From NCBI GenBank assembly GCA_000708835.1, contig DF237446.1:4130-68129 (forward strand): 64,000 nt of DNA. Reading direction: 5' to 3'. Numbering within the stretch: the first letter of the stretch is position 1; the number at the start of each line of letters is the position of its first letter. Under the pieces are notes generated by a model. The model saw only the letters and a program-made list of their open reading frames with translations, ran no database searches and was not told the DNA's origin. This stretch comes from Klebsormidium nitens. Its lineage: Eukaryota > Plantae > Klebsormidiophyceae. Of the stretch, positions 60,347 to 64,000 are shown piece after piece. A program made the translations under genes and the position numbers.

Positions 60347-62319
60347 CTGCGCCGTGCGATTTGCCGAAACTCGGCCACTGCGGTCCCGACGCAGAACAAC
60401 AGCGTAAGCGCGTACAGCCCGAGGCCGACAAAGGCCGTCGCGCGGGAGCCGCGCACGGTCACAAACGCGTGCGTCTCCGCCATAAGCACCGCCGAGTAGT
60501 TGCTCGGCTTATACTGCCGCACGCTCGTCTGCGTGTACTCCCGCACCGCGTCGAAGTTGCGCAGCGAGCGGGCCACCAGCGCGAGGTTGGGCGCGTTGAA
60601 GAGAGTGATTAGAAGCCCGGTGCCGACCGCAGAGAAAGCCCCCGCGGCGAGCTGCGGCAGGTGGCCGTGCCGGTAGAACTCGAAGCGCGCGACGAACTGC
60701 GCGACTATGTTGCCCACCCCGCTCGCGCACAGCGCGACCTCGACCGCCAGGATCGACGCCGCGTTCGCGGTTACGCTGTCCAGGTGCAGCTTCACCTCCG
60801 TCGCGCTCAGCAGGGCGGCCTTGTCCGTCTCGAAGTCGATGGCGATTTGGGGTAGGATACTGCGGATAGTTAAGTGGTTCCCGGCCGCGCATTCCGTGCT
60901 GAGTATCTCCGCCCACGTTGTGAGGTTGTCTGGGGGAGGGTTCTCCGCGTCCAGGTGGCCGAATGTTACCACGGCCTCTCGCTGCTGGCCGGAGTCCCCA
61001 TAGTAAAGTTGAGCGCAGGTTGTATCAAAGGCGGTTGTAAGGAGAGGCCCGGCTTTGTCTCGGCCCAGGACACAGGAACATGCCCCAGTGCCATTGTAAG
61101 GAACGAGCTTGCCGATGAAGTCCGGATCAGAGCTCGGTTCACTCTTGATGCCTTCTACGTCGTCCGCGTTGAAAACGAAATTTGTGCTGCCAAAGTAGCT
61201 GGGGCTGCACGTGCCGTTAAAGCCAAGGGCCTGGATCGATGCAGGAACGCTGTCAAGCAATATCTGACCTGACCGTGTAACAGGGCCAAAGTCCATCCTC
61301 GCCAATAGCACTGTTGCCTGGAGCGTGGCAATCGTACTATCATACAAGGGGAAACACTCAGGCAGGGCATCTGTTGGAAGGTACATGAGTACGGAGAGAG
61401 GCACGGCCTCTGGTTGGGACCGCCTAACAATGATCCAGGGTCCCGTGGCCTCGCCGTTCAGTATGTAGAACAGGGCTACTGAGCCGTCGCATTGCGCCGC
61501 TGGAACTGCGTATGCTTGGAGCAGCGACAGGTAATAAGATCGGTCATTCACCCCCGCCATAAACTGAACCCCTTGGTAGCTCAAACAAGCCAACTGTGGC
61601 AAACCCTCAAACTCGGCAACAGCCCCAACGCTCGTGCGCGGGGCTGCCGAGCTGCACGGAGCGCGAGGGACGGACACCTTGTAAAAAAGCTGAGACTGAT
61701 AAGTGGAGTCGTAATACTCGTTCTCCGTCGCCGTTTCACGAAGATAATTGTTGACTGTGACTTGGTCTGCATTGACCAGCCATTGCGTGGCGCCAACGCC
61801 AAGTCTCAAGTACCCAAGAACAGCATCCTGCGAATCCAAAGAGTCTGGAGACTTCAGTGCAACGACCCGACTGAGCTTGTAGCATGTGTCTTCTTCACAA
61901 CGTAGAGGCTTGAAGAAGACCTCCACCACCGTGCTGCCACCCATAGTATTCTCGCTATATACCCCGCGCACCAAGGATGTCTTCTTTGCTGCGTCTTTTG
62001 GAGACTCCGAGGAGATACCGTTCACCTGAGCATACGCGTTAGATCCGCGGACGTTGCGGCCGATCAAGGTGGAGTAAAATACGAAGCCCTGTCCGTCGGC
62101 GGCAAGCCTTGTGAGGTAATATGCGCCAAGCTCGTTTGTGACAGTTGCAGGCACGGGAAGAAGCCCATCTGCTGACGCCAGGCCCGCTGCGCCGCAGAAA
62201 AAGGCGATCGCAACGAATGCAAGCGCGTGCGTGCCGCTGCACCGTGAGCGGAAAGCTGAGAACATGGACGCGCCATAACAGACAGCTGCTGGCTCCAAGA
62301 AAGCAGGGGAGATCGCCAT
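60347..62319 (-). CDS. Orphan membrane protein: N-terminal signal/anchor, ~470-aa Cys-containing ectodomain, ~3 TM helices (large first exon)
   Basis: 658-codon ORF with hydrophobic HALAFVAIAFFCGAAGLASA near the start, N-glycosylation sequons (NGT, NLT, NYS) and C-terminal hydrophobic segments. It ends at a strong ag|gtgagc donor at 60346. Confidence 0.75.
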
Positions 62320-63003
62320 GGAGCTGGAAGCGCCAATCCCCGGCGTAAACCTGGCTTTTGACTGCCAATATTGTGATTAAACAATTCAATCTATGCAGCT
62401 TCCACACTGCTGATAGGTATAGCAAAACAACTCTTTCGTCAAAGGAGTGCCTGAGGCCACCGAGCGGAGGATCGAGAGTCTATACAATCGGACTCACTAG
62501 GACTACGTCTGTCTGGTCTGACGTATGCACATGATTGCAAATCAAGTTAGCTGGCCGGCTGCTGTAGCTCTTTCCGCACACTGAGCGAGCGGACTGGTCG
62601 GTGAGAGTGAGATACCGGTAGGTATGGAAAAGTCAGGGTTTCGGTTGCACGGATCAAAGCTGATCAGCCATGCATCATGCATGATGGGCCCGCACATGCT
62701 GCGAGGCCTCCCTGATTGTCAGATTCTCTGACCAGCTCAAAAATAACGCTTATAAGTAGGTACTCCGGAACCTGTTTATCGTACATGTGTGCTGCCTAAG
62801 TACCGCCGTGTATCGGTGGACTTAGAGGCCTCTGTGTCAGAGTCCCGCCGGCCAGATCCGTAAAATCTCGGGCCAGACGATTGCAGTATGTACCTACCTA
62901 GTTAAAATGTCGTGTGTTCATGGTTGCAATATGAGCCTGAGGTACTACCGTACTGGGCTAGCTTTACATCGCCCGGCCCGCCCACAAAGGGTGTTGGTCT
63001 GGT

Positions 63004-63180
63004 CACCGGTGACCGGTCACCGGTGCGGCACCGGTGCATCCGGTCGGTCGGCTTTGTGAGCGCGCTCGGTACAAACTCTGGGTACAGCTACCCAAGCCCA
63101 GTGGCGGCAGGTACCACCGTACCGGTATTACCGTACAGAGTTCAGACCATCGTGTACACTGTACACTGTACACTACCGGT
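63004..63180. repeat. ACCGGT/GTAC-rich palindromic low-complexity tract
   Basis: Perfect 22-bp palindrome CACCGGTGACCGGTCACCGGTG (63004-63025), TGTACAC repeated three times near 63153-63172, and many further ACCGGT/GTAC sites. Confidence 0.75.
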
Positions 63181-64000
63181 ATAATCCCGGCATTCGAGTA
63201 CTGGACGCGAGTACTGTACGGTGTACGGTAGATACCATGGTCGGCGGAGTCCGGACGCCGACGGTCCGCCTCGCATGCTCACTGGCAGTCAGGCAAGTAG
63301 TACAAAGAACTCAGTTGTAAAAGTGTTAACAGACAAGTGTTACCTGGGCCAGCATTCTGAGCCGCAAGATTGGTAGTCACCCGTACCACACGCTCGACTC
63401 CGATTGCAACTTCGAAAACTTGTGTTCAAATCCTGGTACCGGGGGAGCAAAAAATCTCTATCGCGGTACGTAGTATCCACCTCTGACCTAAATAGGCTGC
63501 GCAAGCCCGGGCTAAGAACGTCCACTGTCCGGTCAATTCAACCGGGCAATGTAGGAAGCCGTGCAAAGGCTTTAGATATTCTGGCCGTCTTCCAGGGCCT
63601 AAAATGGTCTAAAGCATTTCCAACCAGGTCCGATCACCTCGGCCAGGCTCTCCTAGCATTCACCCGACGCAAATCCGATAGGCTCGGTGATCTGGAATGC
63701 AGTGACCGGAGGTGTCAACAGCTGTTGTGCCGAGATTTTCTCCCGGTCAGACTGGTCAGACGCTGGGAACTAGGGGGTTGGAACACTTGATGTTCACACT
63801 TTTACAACTGAGTTTTTTGACCTTTTTGCGGCAGTCACCGTGTCGACTCACTTACCAGGGCCGACTGCTTTACGAAACACGACCGAGGGAGACGGTCGGC
63901 TTTTTCGGGCGACCGCCGACCCCCATGCCAGGTGGCGCAGGCCGCAGTACGGTACTGCCGTCGGCTGATATCATTTTGACTAAAAAGGATGAACAATCTG

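Noticed and set aside
63415-63445. Second tRNA/SINE head (GTTCAAATCCTGG shared with the 3.7-kb element)
   Set aside because: Only a B-box-like 13-mer, with no A-box at suitable spacing and no cloverleaf.
63845-63900. U1 snRNA (ACTTACC start)
   Set aside because: No U1 stem-loops or Sm site follow; more simply a minus-strand GGTAAGT donor-like sequence.

Overview
This is intron-rich eukaryotic nuclear DNA with GT-AG introns. Plant-type GT106, MIF and CDC20 genes suggest a streptophyte green alga such as Klebsormidium; that assignment is inference. I spliced the genes by hand from donor/acceptor sites and reading-frame phase, so single-base boundaries need RNA-seq confirmation. Genes in order: the last exon of a DUF900-like hydrolase; a degenerate MYND finger; a tRNA-derived Pol III/SINE-like unit; a 9-exon V8/trypsin-like serine protease; a GT106 O-fucosyltransferase-family gene with a ~300-aa insert and a lost HLRFE motif; MIF; a GmrSD/SspE-like DUF262+DUF1524 nuclease; a ~2,900-aa Tudor/Zn-ribbon disordered protein with PP1-docking-like motifs; FRA10AC1; CDC20; and an orphan multi-pass membrane protein. 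The standout is the apparently intact (~607 aa) bacterial-type modification-dependent restriction nuclease. It is split by four spliceosomal introns, has a possible organelle transit peptide, and sits head-to-head with the Tudor-domain giant.
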